A stretch of DNA of 64,000 nucleotides from contig NC_057718.1 of assembly GCF_004010195.1 (NCBI RefSeq), positions 44,107,809 through 44,171,808 on the forward strand. The letters are read 5' to 3'. Made by a program: the position numbers and the translations under genes. The notes beneath the pieces are model-generated. The model made no database searches, had not been told where the DNA came from, and saw only the letters and a program-made list of their open reading frames with translations. The stretch's first letter is position 1; every line of letters begins with the position of its first letter. This document shows positions 43,121 to 57,149 of this stretch, piece by piece. The DNA is from Chiloscyllium plagiosum (lineage: Eukaryota).

Positions 43121-43328
43121 AGCTGGGCTGTTATGGGCAGGACCTGGTGAATATATTGATTACCCTTTGTTGTATTGGACCTAATGGGTCAAGGAAATCC
43201 GTATCATTGCTGAAGCCCAAGTCAGATGGCGTGGTACTGAAGTTATATCCAGCAATGAGCAATGTTGTGTTCGGGTTGATTATAATCCCTCAGAGCAGGT
43301 CTGTGTTGACAGATCATCAGATAAAAAG
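43121..43328 (+). pseudogene. USH2A: Usherin pseudo-exon (about human exon 51)
   Basis: AG 43119-20 and GT 43329-30. Reads LGCYGQDLVNILITLCCIGPNG / frameshift ~43189 / KEIRIIAEAQVRWRGTEVISSNEQCCVRVDYNPSEQVCVDRSSDKK, versus human MFCCGQDYVNMSDTICCSASSG...PVKCCETELIPKSQKCCNGVGYNPLKYVCSDK. The 208-bp length does not preserve phase. Confidence 0.88.
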
Positions 43329-46300
43329 GTAATATATTTGCTTTACTTTGTCATTCCTACATACTGAATTCTTTGTTACTTCAAACCTTGATCATCAATT
43401 AAAGATGTAAATTTTCTTGCACGGACAGATACATGTTATTTGCCATGGATGCTAATAAAAGCATGCATCTGTCTGTGAATCGAGACAGCAAACAAAAACT
43501 TTTCTAGCTGTAGTTGCTTATGTAAAGTGGGATAATCAACATTTCCGATCAAAATAGTCTAGTCTCCTAATTATTTAACCAACAACAATATAAACAATAA
43601 ATCTCCCAAGCAACCTTTATATTTTCAATCATTTATCTATCAATTCTAAATGCCCATAATATGATACTGTAAGATTACAAAATGAGCCTTTCCTCTGCTG
43701 AATTTCTCAAAGAGAAAAGAATATGATTTGCTAGCTTTATTATTTGTTACTGAAATCACCATCATTTTTGAAGACCCAGTTCAAAAATCACCAATATAGA
43801 AGTTCTTTTTTTTTCATGATGTAAGAAGATGAAGAATGAAGGTGAGAGATATGGTAATCAATTTCTCACATACAGTCAATTCTGCTATAAAATGAGTTTG
43901 TTAACACAAGTTGGCTAAACACAAATTGAAGAATTTAGACCATTATTTGTAAAATCCAAACTTTCCTTACCTGGTCCCACTGGTTTAAGTAGTGCTGTTA
44001 TTACACGATTTTCTTATAACATGGGATCGCATGAGAACGGAACTATCGCATTATATCAGAACAGACTGCATAACAAAATTAAATCTACCTCCTGTGTTAA
44101 GGTCAATTGGTTTGATCTTTTTCTTTATTAATAAAATTTAAGCCATTCCTACAGCCAATATTTTGTGGTACTCACTGAAAGCCTTAATTTATATTTTGTG
44201 GTTATGGAAATGACTGCCTTTTAAGAAGGAAATTCCACTCCCTGCTACAATTAATGCCACACTCATTGAATCCATTACCAATTTTAATCTGTTCATTCCT
44301 ACATCCATTTGGTCACTTTGGTTTTCTGATGCAGCCATGTTGTACAAAAGATCACACCTAATCTAAGTGGTCTTTCTTCATGCATACAACTAGGTTGTGA
44401 TTGTTGGCAATTCATTATACAATGTGAGGCATTGCATACTACCCTCACCCCACATATATACTTGACATAGCAAACAAACACATTATTATCAGGAAAATAA
44501 AACTGGATTAATAATTTTCATTTTTGCAGTCCAAGGATGCAGTAGCCAAATATGGTTATTTTGTTAAACTCATAGAGTACTGCATGGGATTCATATCTTT
44601 ATATAGAATTACATGGTTAGTTTGTTTTACAGTTACCCCAGCAGACACTGCATTTACCCTATAAGTCACTGGAGCTCCTTAGCTTCATTATTGTGAAAAG
44701 AGATGTAATGTAGGAGTATAATAGCAAACAAAATGACAAAAGGATACATAAAGTATTTTACTTAAAAGCAAATTGCATATCACTTAATTTTAAGTGTGTG
44801 CTGTCATGTAGTGTTAAACGCCTAACAAAGCCTTAGTGCTCTAACAATAAAAAATGTATAGTTTTTAATAAGATTGCAATCACATTTTATGAATAATGAA
44901 AATATCCTTAATAAAATTGTTGTAGACTGTAATAATTAATTAGTAATATTTCAGTAAAAATGTAAATATAAAACTATCCTAGTTTATAAATGTTTGATAA
45001 TGTGTATAACATGTGTTATTAATTTGTAATAAACACTGGTTGTAAATCATTTAAAAATGTCTTCCTATTACATTTAGCTCCAGTATTGAAGGCTTATCTT
45101 GTAATCACAGATTTAAAAGAGATTCCTGGTTATGTTATTATTCCTTTTATGTGGAGGAAATTATTTGTAAATGTAATAACTTGCATGTAGTTTTACCTCT
45201 GCAAAATAGCACCCTTTCACATAAGCAGATGCACAGAAACCAAATACTCGGTTTCTCTATCATTTTGGTGTTGGTACTGAGATGCTAATAGCATGAAAGG
45301 ATTAGATCTGATCTGTTTTTTGTGAATGATATGCGTCAGTATGCTGCTAAATTAGATCTGTGATCAATGTTCTCTCTCCAAAAGTGTCAATCATTTACAA
45401 GACATTAGTAGCTGAAATCCTGCCCTTATGAATTTAGGATACTTCCACCATGTTATGCAGTGGGAGCAGAATTGCAATATTATTATGAGATGACCGCATC
45501 TTAGGGCACTATAGTCCTGGTGCAGAGCAGTGATCTCAGTACTGCAGCATGGACCATATTATTTGTGTTATATCAATTTAAATCTGCAGTACCGACACCT
45601 CTAAATTTACCTTCTGTGGACACTATAAAAAGAAACAGTTCGCAACAGAAATCAACAAGGGACTTCTGTAAAAAAAACTTTTGAATGATAGCCCAAAAAA
45701 GCTTCTGTCAACTCCTTTTTTTATTACTGTTTCTGATTTGTGAGTTATTTTTGCTCACAAATGCAAATTCAAGGGGAGCATATTCACCACGAAACACATC
45801 CTGAGATTCCTAATTTAGTTTGATTTCCTAACACTGATCCACAGTGGGACATCTAGTATTCTTAGTGAAATAAACAAAAATATCCTCCATATAATTCAAG
45901 CTATATCAGAATGAAGTTATTTTTGCTAGGTTTAAGTTTTAGAAAGTGTTCTGTTTTCTGTTCTGTGCCAGGATTTATAATCTGAGTGGAAAGCTTCATT
46001 TTTTAATCACTGCTGCTACCAATTATGTGATATTGATGGAATGCAAAGTATCAGATTTTGTTTCAAATATATATCATCTCTTACTATTTATGAGAATATA
46101 TTGACTGCTGACAAGTGAAGTGATGTTATTTTGACACAATCTGATGGCTTCAACTATAATCACAGTATTCTTATAAATATTCATAACCAGTGCTTATTAC
46201 TAATCAATAGCGCACATTACTCTATTATAAAGCATTTATAAGCCAGCACTAAGTGATTTGCTGAAATGCTACATATTATTTTGGTTTAATAACTCTAAAC

Positions 46301-48509
46301 ATAGTAAGCATTTTTAGCAATCTTGTCACAGTTATTAAACTGTAATTCCAAACCAGATAGAAATTAATAATTTCATCAGAAAAAGAATTTGAGGGCAGAC
46401 AACCCAAGTAAAGTTGTGAGCTAAAACTGCATTACAGTTAAGTCCGTTATGATCCCTGGAGATATTTATGAGGAGATTATGAAACTCCAGACTGGCAATT
46501 GCGTATTTGTGCAGATTTCTGTAACCACATCTATTAGGTGGAAGCCAGTTACGCTCAGCATTGAAAAGTCACCAGGAAACTTTTTTTATTGCTGCAGGAT
46601 TCTTCCAGACTGCAACAGGTGATTTTTTTTTTTTTGTCAGTTGTTCTGCAGTCCATATATGCAAAAGAAAATCCTTTACACATTCTTTGCCAGGACCAAT
46701 AACTACAGAAATTTCCAGTGGTCACCAACAAGTAAATCAAAAGATCTTCCCAGAATTCAGTGTGGCAGACATTACGCACATGTAACTACCAGGGCACAGG
46801 AAACTGATGAAAACAATTTTTGTTAAAATCCACTATTAAATATTCCCAAGAGATGTTTAATCTGGCTCCCCGTGGTCAGAAGTACCAATTAATTTATTAG
46901 ATATAGCATGATTTCATGAATAATTGCTGTACAAAGTAACAAATGGTCCTGGTGACTGGTAATTCACAAACACTGCTCCCATGTTTCATTTCTATTCACT
47001 TCCAACAAGCAGAGAACCTCAAAACAATTATGCCAAATGTAAAAATGTTGACTCCAATGATTCCAGTCACCTCTGAGGGTCATGCTGAGACTGACAGCAC
47101 ACTAAATGGGCATGTATGTGTGCACCTGAGGTGTGCAAAGTGGATGGGATAATCGTGTCAATGAACAACTAGTGCTGATTTGAAGCCTGAGCTGCAATTT
47201 TGGACTGTGCTTACCAGATCCACACAACTCTCACAAACGCAGCCAGCTGAACTTACATTCGGCTGCACAGCCAACCCATCTCCAAGTTTAAAGAGGCAAC
47301 CCATTTAACATCCAGGTGAGGTGCTTTGAGTTTACCTTCACTGCTTCAGAACTTGTGGAAGTACTCTGTTATTCCTTTTTAGAAGAATGTTCTTAGTCCT
47401 GAATTTTCAAGGACATGTTGCTGAACCCTGAAAAGGAATGAGGAGTTGTTTGGGCTGTCAATGCTTGAATAATGGAGTCCCTCATGAGCTACAGTAAAAT
47501 GTGGAAGTAGAAGGAATGTGCAAAGAGATATGGAAGAGAGTTCTTAATAGAAGGCCTTACTCACGAACGGTCTTAGGGAACAGTCAGCCTGAACTTGGAG
47601 CAATGGCTGAAGTGCCAATGCTTTAATTGTGTCACACAACTCTTACAATCTGACTTGCAGTCACACAGAAAGTTGAGGATGTGGCTGGCACTGACCATTA
47701 AACTCACCATACTCAAATCCGGAATCTGTTCGATCCTTTAAGGTATGCAGAGTAACAATGGCTGAGTTGGCAGCTGCAAGTGTCTGATCCAGTGACAACT
47801 CTTTTAGATTAAAAGTTAGTCTCACCCTTTCTCATGTAACTGCAGTGGCTGGCCAAGTGGCACTCATGGATGTCTGAAGCAGAAATAGAGAAGGGCATAC
47901 TGAGGTGAGAGAAGATGGGATGGAGTTAAAGAACATGTAGTACATGGTCACATTATCTGCAGTTTTGCAGATGACAAGAGTCATAAGGCAGTGACATTCC
48001 ACCATCCCGAATGTTCTCAGTAATGCTGGATGCAACAGCTTCGCTCACAGCTGACCCCATGAGGCAGAGGGCTCAAGTGATGCAGGCCAGTCCAGCTGTG
48101 TGATGTCATGATAGCGCCTCTATAATATGTCCAGGTCTGCATATCGCTGGAATCCACAGGCAGTGGCCCACATTCAGAAACAGCATGAGCACTATTCACT
48201 GTGATATTCTCCTTCCACCACCACCTCCAAGACTAATGCCTCCAGTACTGCACCAGAAAACCTGCGAGACCTCTCAGTTGCTTGTTGTCCATATTCTGTT
48301 TTACACTTTTGTTAAGAAGGACAAGCTTTTTTTTAGAAACCCAAGTAATCTTGCAGAAAGATCCCAAGCCTGAAATCAAGCCTCAGTGGTTCTCCTTCAT
48401 TGTGTTTAAAGAGAGTTTTACTGCATGTGGTAATACAAAGTGGCTGAAGATACTGGATAGAAGAAGGTTATTAACCTTTACAATATCCTGTCAGTAATAC
48501 TGAAGACCT

Positions 48510-49870
48510 GTGCTCCAGATCTATCTATATAACTAGCCCAGCTGTTCCAGTACGATAACGAGACTAGTATCTACCTGACAATGTGGAAAATTGCTTAAGT
48601 GTGTCCTTTCCATAAAAATCAGGAGAAATCCAATAGAGCCAATAACTGCTCTATCAGTCTACTTGTGATTATCAACAAAGTGATGGAAGATGTTGTCGAC
48701 AGTGCTATCAAGTAGCACTTACACACACATAGCTTGCTCACTGATGCTCAGTTTAGGTACCAGCAGTGTCAATCAGCCTGAAACATCACTATAGTCTTGA
48801 GCCAAAAATACGCAAAGGAGCTGGACTCCAAATGTGAGAGTGATTGCCTTTTACGTCAAGACAGCAAGGCAGCAAGGAGTTCTAACAAAACTGGAGTCAA
48901 TGGAAATCAGGGAAAGGCTCTTTCAGTTATACATAGTACAAGGGACTATGATCGTGGTTGCTGGAGGGTAACCATCTCAGTATAGGATCAGAACGGGAGT
49001 TCCCAGGGTAGTGTCATAGGCCCAACCATCTTCAGTTGCATCATCAATGATCTTGTCTCCATCATAAGGTCAGAAATGGGCATGTTCATTGATGTTTGCA
49101 CAATGTTCAACACCATTTGTGACTCCTCAGATATAAAAGCAATCCATATCCAGACACAGCAAGACCTCATTCAGGCTTGGGCTGATAAGTGGCAGGTACC
49201 AATCAACTATGAGTGCCCAGCAATAAGCATCTCCAATAAGAGAGATTCTGATGACCTCCCACTGATACACAATGATATTACTCTTGCTGAAACACCCACC
49301 ATGAAGTCCTGAGGGAGTTACCACTAGCCAGAACTGAACCACATAAATACTGTGGCTACAAGAGCAAGTCAGATCTTTGGGACAAGTAACTTACCTCCTG
49401 ACTGCCCAAAGCCTCTTCAACAAGATACAATTCAGGAGTGTACTGGAATATTCTCCACTTGCCTGGATAACTGCTGCTCCAACAAGAATCAAAAAGCGCA
49501 ACACCATTTAAGACAAAGCAACACGTGATTGGCACCCCTCCAATACCAATGTGGTGGTAGCAATGTGTATCATACAAGATGCATTAATTAACTTACTGAG
49601 AATCCTTACACTGCAGCTTCCAAACTCACAACCTTTACCACCCAGCAGAAAAAGGGCATAAGATGCATGGAAATGAATATCACCATATGCAAGTTTTCCT
49701 CCAACTCACACACCAGACTGATGTGCAATGATGTCAGCTTTGTTTTGCTATAGTTGGTTCAAAATATTGAAATTTACTGTGAGTGCACCCAAACCTGCAT
49801 CAATTCAAGAATACCATGCACCATTACTTTCTCAAGGACAATGAGGGAATAGTAAAAATGCTAAGATGCT
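48510..49870 (+). mobile_element. Old CR1/L2-group LINE RT remnant
   Basis: Degenerate LAQLFQY...WKIA.VCPFHK, GSSQGSVIGPTIFSCIINDL, MFIDVCTMF, IQAWADKWQV. Confidence 0.8.
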
Positions 49871-50844
49871 AAAAGCCCAGAAAAGAACAAAATAAGATAG
49901 AAATCAAAAATAAAATATTAACACATTGTAGAAGTTAACAGAAAATGTTGAAAATGCATGGAGATACATCACCATCTCAAATAGACTCATGAAAGTTGAT
50001 AGTAAATCCATCACGATTACTTCAGTTTTGATGAAGATTTCTAGCTGAGGTGTTAGTTACCTTTTTTTTTCAAATGCTAATAAATCTGCTGTCTCACTTC
50101 AACGTATTCTGTTCAAGAGTCAAAATCCAGGTTGCTGGAGATTTCTTGCGTGGAATGGAGTAAAGGAAGAGTTGATAATCAATCACTTTTAAAAGCCAGG
50201 AGACAAAAAATTAGTGTGAGTCCTTTCCTAGATTCAGACTTGATGATGCACAAGCAACATATAGTAAAGGCAAGCCCAAGGTATGATGAATGTGCCTCAA
50301 CAGGAAACTCACCTAAACACAAGACATTGCTGTCAGCTTCCCTGCCTCATGATCAGAAGGCCTCAGTCAAGTGCCAGGATGCAGGATTTGGAGAAAACAA
50401 TTAGGAAAGGTGATCGCGACCAATTCTGACACAACAGGACGAGTTTTTCATTAAAATTACTCAGAGCTGGCAGGAGTAATATTACTGAACAAAACCACTG
50501 ACTTACTCATCATCAACAAAATTCTCAATGGGGCACAGCAAATTTGCAGACCCCATCAGCCCTTGTGAAAAGGACTCCAAAAATTCAACACTTAGAAAGT
50601 TTTACAAAAAGCTGTTCCACCACTGAGTTGGTGTGTCCCCTGATAATCGACAGTCATAGTTTAGTCCTGTTGTAATGTATTTGCAACTTTTGCGCTATCC
50701 TATTTCATTTTATGCTCATCCTTTTTTCAAAAGTCCAATTTGCGAAAATTGCATTCTTCAAAATGTATCCTGGTTTTATATTTGCATTATTACTGCCTTT
50801 ACCAGATTGCCGGAATCACAAATGATAAAATTCTAACCCAACAG

Positions 50845-51039
50845 AAAACTCTGACATAAGTACTGAATATTCACTATTTTAAAGATCCACAGTATGTTGC
50901 AAGAGCTATAATTTCAGATCCAGTACTTATATTTGTGTGGTCAGAAACTCCTACTGTTGTGAATAAAGAATTGAGGGAAAAGCTTTGCTTTTTGTCAGAA
51001 AAGATTATATACACAGGAGGTTCCAGCAGAGATTTATAG
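50845..51039 (+). pseudogene. USH2A: Usherin pseudo-exon (about human exon 52)
   Basis: Reads (E)NSDISTEYSLF*RSTVCCKSYNFRSSTYICV / frameshift ~50938 / WSETPTVVNKELREKLCFLSEKIIYTGGSSR, versus human ETKECRILCPASMEATEHCGRCDFNFTSHICTV...EEMCSSAEETIHTGSVNT. AG 50843-44, GT 51040-41, stop TAA 50880. Confidence 0.72.
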
Positions 51040-52061
51040 GTATCTAAAATACTGTAATATTTATTTCTTGTCATGTTTTCAATTTCTGTATTTAGAATGT
51101 ATTTCTTAGGACAAGATGTAAGTATCTTTCATTGTGTTTGAAATATTTCTGTACCAGGAAACAAAACTCTAAATTCTCAAGGCCTAATTATGTACAAAGA
51201 CCAAGTTGCCACTTTGCTGCATGTTACTGAACTGATACAAGTGCTCACTCATCTTTTAGCATTTATTAATGTGGTTTGATGTAAAACTATTTGGGCTACC
51301 CTGCAGACAGTGCAACAATGGCATTATAATACATAAGACACGGTGCAAATCTGTATGTGGGGTTCAACAAAATGCCATATTCTTATTTTATTTGATATCT
51401 CTGTGGAAATTGTTGCCTGTTGTTAAAGTTATGTTTGGGGATTGAATCTTATATTCTTTTGGCTAAATACAAAATGCATCTGGTTTTTTTGGAGGGATTT
51501 CCATTATTAGGCCTAGCAAGGTTTCTCACTGTATCTTACAAAACTTACCTCATTAACTAACTACCCTTCCGTATAGCGTCGATCACATCCAATTCCGGCC
51601 CCATTTTATCTCGTGTTATTTCCAGAGAAACTCACCACTCACCAGATCTTCCCTGAAAAACTGGAACTCATGCCATCTTTAAAAGTCCTTGTACATGGTC
51701 AGTATGGATCTGCCTTGTATTTTCCTGATGGTTGTCCCGGTCTTGGCAGACTTGTGAAACTCGGCATCCCACTGTGTGTACAGTGTCCTGGAGCTCTGGC
51801 TGGACAGTTTGATGCAAAGTCAGGGCGTCATCTACCCTCAGGACCAGCAATAGAGACCAACACACCAGACCATGCCAGCCTAATCCAAGGTTAGCACCCG
51901 GATCAGTGAAGTCTCAGCCATCTGGAGAAGTGCTCAGCTCTGTAGGATAAGGTCAATGTCCTTTCCCACTCATGATTTGGAGATGCCGGTGTTGGACTGG
52001 GGTGTACAAAGTCAAAACTCACACAACACCAGGTTATAGTCTAACAGGTTTAATTGGAAGC

Positions 52062-52098
52062 ATACTAGCTTTCGGAGCGTTGCTCCTTCATCAGGTGA
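52062..52098 (-). ncRNA. Minimal hammerhead ribozyme motif
   Basis: The minus strand reads cac-CTGATGA-aggagc-aac-gctcc-GAAA-gcta-gtatg, with a fully paired stem II. Confidence 0.7.
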
Positions 52099-52146
52099 TA
52101 GTGCAGGGCTCAATCCTATCTGTGTGTTAGGATTGAGCCTTCCACT

Positions 52147-52185
52147 ATCATCTGATGAAGGAGCGACACTCTGAAAGCTAGTGTG
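52147..52185 (+). ncRNA. Minimal hammerhead ribozyme motif (slightly decayed)
   Basis: cat-CTGATGA-aggagcgacactct-GAAA-gcta-gtg. Confidence 0.62.
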
Positions 52186-54619
52186 CTTCCAATTAAACCT
52201 GTTGGACTATAACCTGGTGTTGTGTGATTTTTGACTTTCCCACTCAGCCAGTGTAAGTGCTACCACCTTCTTTCTGATACCTCACACTTTAAACCTGCTA
52301 CTGTACCCATTTGCCCGAAAGGTTCATGCTCTACCACTCTCAATAATGACAGCAACATTTTCTCTCCCACCACAAACCCTGGCACCACTAACCCTTCATG
52401 CCCACTGTGCTGCCTGATCTCTGACTCATGACACCACTCCACCTGCACTAACCGTAACAGCTGTACCGCACACTTACATCTCCCTTATTACCTGTGTCTC
52501 TCCCAATAAAGGAGGAAAGATCTGTCTAGTATAGCAGTTGGGTAATGGACTGCCTGACATTCAACTCCTCACCCCAATATGGAGAGCTTCCTGTCTCTGA
52601 CTGTCCTGAATGACTGACTGGACTAGTATCGGAGGCTGCCCTTGACTTATTGTGCTGGGATCTCCTGAGAGGAAGCTTCCTTTGTGTCTGTGCTAAATAG
52701 CAAGACAAGACAGAACCAATATGGGCCTCATACCTCTGGCTGAGTGGCAACATCCTAAGAAGGCAATGCTAGGCAGGGATGCTATGGGCATCTGGGTAGG
52801 ATCTGAGTGAGAGAATGCTATAACATTGAACAAAAGCCTGTAGATGTAGCCTGGTCCAGTCCATGAGCTGATGTAGTGTCCCTGAGCAGACAGTATCCAT
52901 ACTGAGCATTACATTGCTAGTTGCTGGTACAGCCCAAGTTGCAGCATTGAATTGCTGAAACATCCTGCAAGTGGATTGGAGATGTGCCATGCAGGTTAAT
53001 AGAGGGTGGCACATATCTGATGCCAGTGCCCATGAAGATTGGGTGTATATGGTCTGTACTCATGAAGCTTATCCTGAGATCTTGCTGCTTAGTGTTCAAC
53101 ATGGTGTTTGTTCAGACCAAATAGTGAAATGTGCTCACCAGGTACCTGCTCTAGTTTCCATCTTGAATTTTCTCGACATTAAGCATGTTTGGAGAGATGG
53201 AAAGCTGAATATTAATGGGGCTACTTGGGTCATGAACAAGGTGTTTAACAAACAATATTGCCCCTTAACTGGCAACTCGCTGCTATTTAGCAAGAAACTC
53301 CATAACATCATATCTACCCACCTTACCTACTTAGCTGCTACTCAACTGCTGCTCATCTATCATCCTCCTCCTTCACCCATTTACCTACCATTCTACTTCT
53401 TCAACCACCTGCCACCCTAAATACCTCATCCAGCCACCAGTCCAAATCCATCTCTTGGTTTCTTACAAGTCTTAGATATTTCAGGCATGGCATAATAGAC
53501 TAAATCAATTGAGGAGTAGCATACCCTTACTTAACCCCTTCACCCAACTACTTGCCACCCTGCTACCTCATCCACTTACCAAATAGCCCATCTGCTCAGG
53601 AAGTTACTGTGAGCACTCACCATTTCTCTGTAGATTGTTACATTTTTCCAGTTAAATAAAGGGCTGTAGTGCTGTTTCTACATTGCCGTGGAAGGCTCTG
53701 AGAATGGGTACACTCCACACGTCTCAAGAGATCTGATTTAGATATCTAAGCCAGAAATGCTGAACTCCTGGGCACAGTAACAGACACAAAGTGGAATAGC
53801 AACCAGATAGTGGTTGCCACTCTTCGGTAGATTTAGTCAATTATGTCATTCCTAAAATACCTTAAATCTGTAAGGCATGAAGAGATGGGCTTGAACTGAA
53901 TTTTCAAATACCAGTAGGGTTATGAATGTGGTTGTGAAGTAAATAAATAGTTTCTTTACTGCAACTTCAAATTTGCAAAGGCTTCTCAATACCATGCTAT
54001 TTTTGTCTGGCATTTTCATGATTAAGGAAGGCCTTGTGTAGCATACACTCCTTCTGAATGGCGAAATTGGCATTGTCAGTGCCATAGGAAATGTGAATGT
54101 CCTTCTCTGCATTAATTTTGTGTGCTGGTGAGTTTTGGAACATCTAACCTAAATCCACCAGGTTCAAAGTTTGTAACCATTGGGAAAAACTGAAACTGAG
54201 TAGTCTGAAAGAATCTTATAGATAAGTGTTAAATGTTTTGACAGCTTCAGGTGTCAGTATTATATATTGTGCTGTAACATAGATGTGTTTTTAATGTAAT
54301 GATTAATCATAGGGCTGTGTCCTGCCAAGTAAGTTGATCATTGTATTGACCACCATTGTGTAACAGTTGACATACAAGACAGTACTTCTACATTTTGTGA
54401 AAGTGCCATAACGCATTCAAACTGTGGAAAAATCTATTGAAAAGTGCAGGGATTTAAATATCCAGAAATCTTTTTCACAAAGTAACTCGAAGCTAATATA
54501 AAATTATAATGCCATGAATGCAAGACACTTAATATAAGAACAATTCTAGAAAAATTCTAGATATTTGGCTAAATCTGCAAAGTTCACTTTTTGAGTAGAA
54601 GATAAAATGTTTTATACAG

Positions 54620-55150
54620 TTGAAAGTGGAAGGGGTACATAGGAAAATAGGGGATGCTCAGAATAGAGTGGAGGGTGGGAGAATTTAACTATCAAAGGTG
54701 TCATGGAACACAACACAAAGGATGTGGTAGTGTTTTCAATGAAGAAGCAAAACATTTTTGGTGTAGGTGATAATAGCAGAATAAAGAGTATCTTTGTTTG
54801 AAAGTGAAAACATGGAAATGACACAGCCTCACGCTTGACAAAAGAAAAGAATCAAACCAGGGTACAGAGCTCATGGTATGAAATGTTGAACTTTATGTTG
54901 AGGCCAGAAAGCTATAAAGTGGTTATTCTTAAGCATGCATTGACCTTTGATGCACCATTGTAGAAGGCTGAAGACAGAAAGTAAGCATGAGACTAATGTG
55001 ATGAATGAAATAGCAAGCCTCCTGAAGGTCAGGATTATGATTCCGGTCTGAGCGGAAACATTTTGCTGAACAGATACTCAGTCTGCTTTTGGTCAGCCCA
55101 ATGTACAGGAGACCACATTGTGAGTGACAGCGATCACAGTATACCAAATT
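54620..55150 (-). mobile_element. Old Penelope-like remnant (GIY-YIG endonuclease region)
   Basis: Minus ORF VYCDRCHSQCGLLYIGLTKSRL. Confidence 0.7.
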
Positions 55151-56078
55151 AAAATAAGTAAATCACCAAAATAAATCTAAGCACTTACTCTGGTCCATCG
55201 ATTGACAAATAACCTGTTTTGAAATGGAAATTAAGAATTACCTGAAGGTTTGAAAGGGTCATCTGGTTTACTAATTTCTATGTTTACATTCCATTTTTTG
55301 TTTTAATATTATGACTACTTAACTGATTATTATCCCAGAAAGAAAAAGGGTCACTGAAGCTGAAATGTCAACTCTGTTTTCCCTCCACAGATCCTGCCAA
55401 AACTGCTGAGTTTCTCCAGCAATTTTTGGTTTTGTTTAAGGTGATGTGTGTGCATTTTTGAGAGGTTATTAAATAGTTTTTTTTATGCGATAGGTGGGCA
55501 TGTTTTACAAAAATTAGCCACTTGTGTAATTTTTACAATTTTTGAATGCCTGCATGAATAAGAATTTTATTATGTCGAGTGTCTTCAATTATGACACTAT
55601 CTTAGATTGTACACAGCCTGCTTTTTTCTATATATCTATTTCAAAGACATGGTGATGTCTGCCCAGGTGAGTGGCTTTCAAGGATATATGGGGGGGGGGG
55701 CATGAGGGGACATGGGAGTATGAAGGAACATAGAAAGGCTTGACAAAATGAGGGGGCATGGAGGGTATGAGGGATATAATGGGTCATGGATATGGCATAG
55801 AGGCTTTAAGAGGATGTGGATGGGCTGTGGTTGTAGGTGAGGGTAAGGGGCAAGAGCTAGGATCTATATGAACAAATTGAAGAGCTGAATTGATATCTTA
55901 GGTTTTCTAACCAGATAGCCTGATTCCCTGAACTTCTTTGACACCAGTGCAGAACTGAGTACACTTAAACTCTGCCCATTCTCACCTACAGGAGATAGAA
56001 GTCTGGTGGCTATGGGCAGGGGTAGAAGACTCAAGTTTCCAAACACAGGAAATGACACAGGAAATTTCTTGAATGCAG

Positions 56079-56101
56079 CACAAATAACCAGTTCCATTTA
56101 T
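56079..56101 (+). pseudogene. USH2A: Possible 5' piece of usherin pseudo-exon (about human exon 53)
   Basis: After tgcag it reads T N x P V P F I, loosely resembling VNLKPYM, immediately before the hairpin/provirus insertion. Short and weak. Confidence 0.3.
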
Positions 56102-56134
56102 CTGCTGGAGAAGCTCAGCAGATCAAGAAGGATG

Positions 56135-56909
56135 TGTCATATTCAAGTGACCATGGGCCCGTTTGGATATTCTAAATGGACCCACAGTTGGAGAAATCAG
56201 ACATGACAGAAAATTGGACAAATTAACCAGCAGCTATCAGCTACAAAGAACAATGGAAATCAAAATCAAAAATGTTATGGAGGTTCATCGGGAAACAATT
56301 ACAATAAACCCGAGGGTTGTGTATTGGAGAAGCATTGATTAGACATTCTGATATCTTTGCTGCCTGAGAATGTGCACTTTGTACCTCGTGGCATAGCAAT
56401 AGTGAAGGGTATTGGCAGGACCCCATTGGATGATTTGACCCCAGCTCATCACCCCATTGACCAAAGGCCACAGAACATTTCAGAAGGTCAGGGGTGAACA
56501 GGAATAAGAACGCACAACTTGATGTCACCCCCTCAGTGAAGGCTTACAGCAGAAGGCCACGCAGAAACCGAAGAAGACCCAGGATAAGATCCTCCCTGAT
56601 CTGTGAGACCCACCTTCATGGAAGAGAGCCATCCCTACATCAGAGAGGGAAAGAGACTTCAACAGCTCAGCTCAAGGATCATGGCAGGTAAAAGCCTCTC
56701 CTCAGCCTGATAATGCTAGATAAAGATTAAATATTGTGGGAATTTGGAAAATACTCCCATAGTGTTTTTACAAAGGAATATTTTGTTCGTAAAATCAAGT
56801 TGAATTGCAAACCAAAGTTTCAGTCTTTTTGTCCACCTCACCAACAACAGCACTTGGGTAAAGTGTTATTAATACATAAACTGGTCAAAGTGTCCAAAGC
56901 ACAGATACA
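56135..56909 (+). mobile_element. 5' LTR of decayed provirus
   Basis: Starts TG and ends ...gataCA. It is colinear with 61314-61400 plus 62761-63497 (shared blocks such as cccgagggttgtgtattggagaa, gacccagc.cat..cccattg, gatgtcac.ccctcagtg, taaatattgtgg). Confidence 0.82.
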
Positions 56910-57149
56910 ATGTTATCTCTGGATGATCTTCAACTAGAAGTGTCTGTATAACCTCCAAAGTCGAACAAACACCACCCACCTTTCTATCTGACCTCTCAGA
57001 CATCCAGCCTGAGCCCAAAAGAAGAGGGTAAATGCCTATATGATGGCCAGGATTCAAAAGGTTGAAAGAGGATGAAGGTTTCTGACCAGTGATTTGATCA
57101 TTAACCAAGTGCTTGTAATGTGAGGGGGAAAACACAGTTAGAGTTTGTA

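Larger units (their letters stand above)
51973..52234. mobile_element. Penelope-derived hairpin with two inverted hammerhead motifs and a 12-bp TSD
   Basis: Arms ~52009-52118 and ~52127-52238 are near-perfect reverse complements. The direct repeat ctttcccactca is at 51961-51972 and 52235-52246. Confidence 0.88.

Noticed and set aside
44633..44730. Possible usherin exon 52 equivalent (ttacag acceptor, HYCEKRCN)
   Set aside because: Only a few residues match; 50845-51039 aligns over the whole exon with both splice positions.
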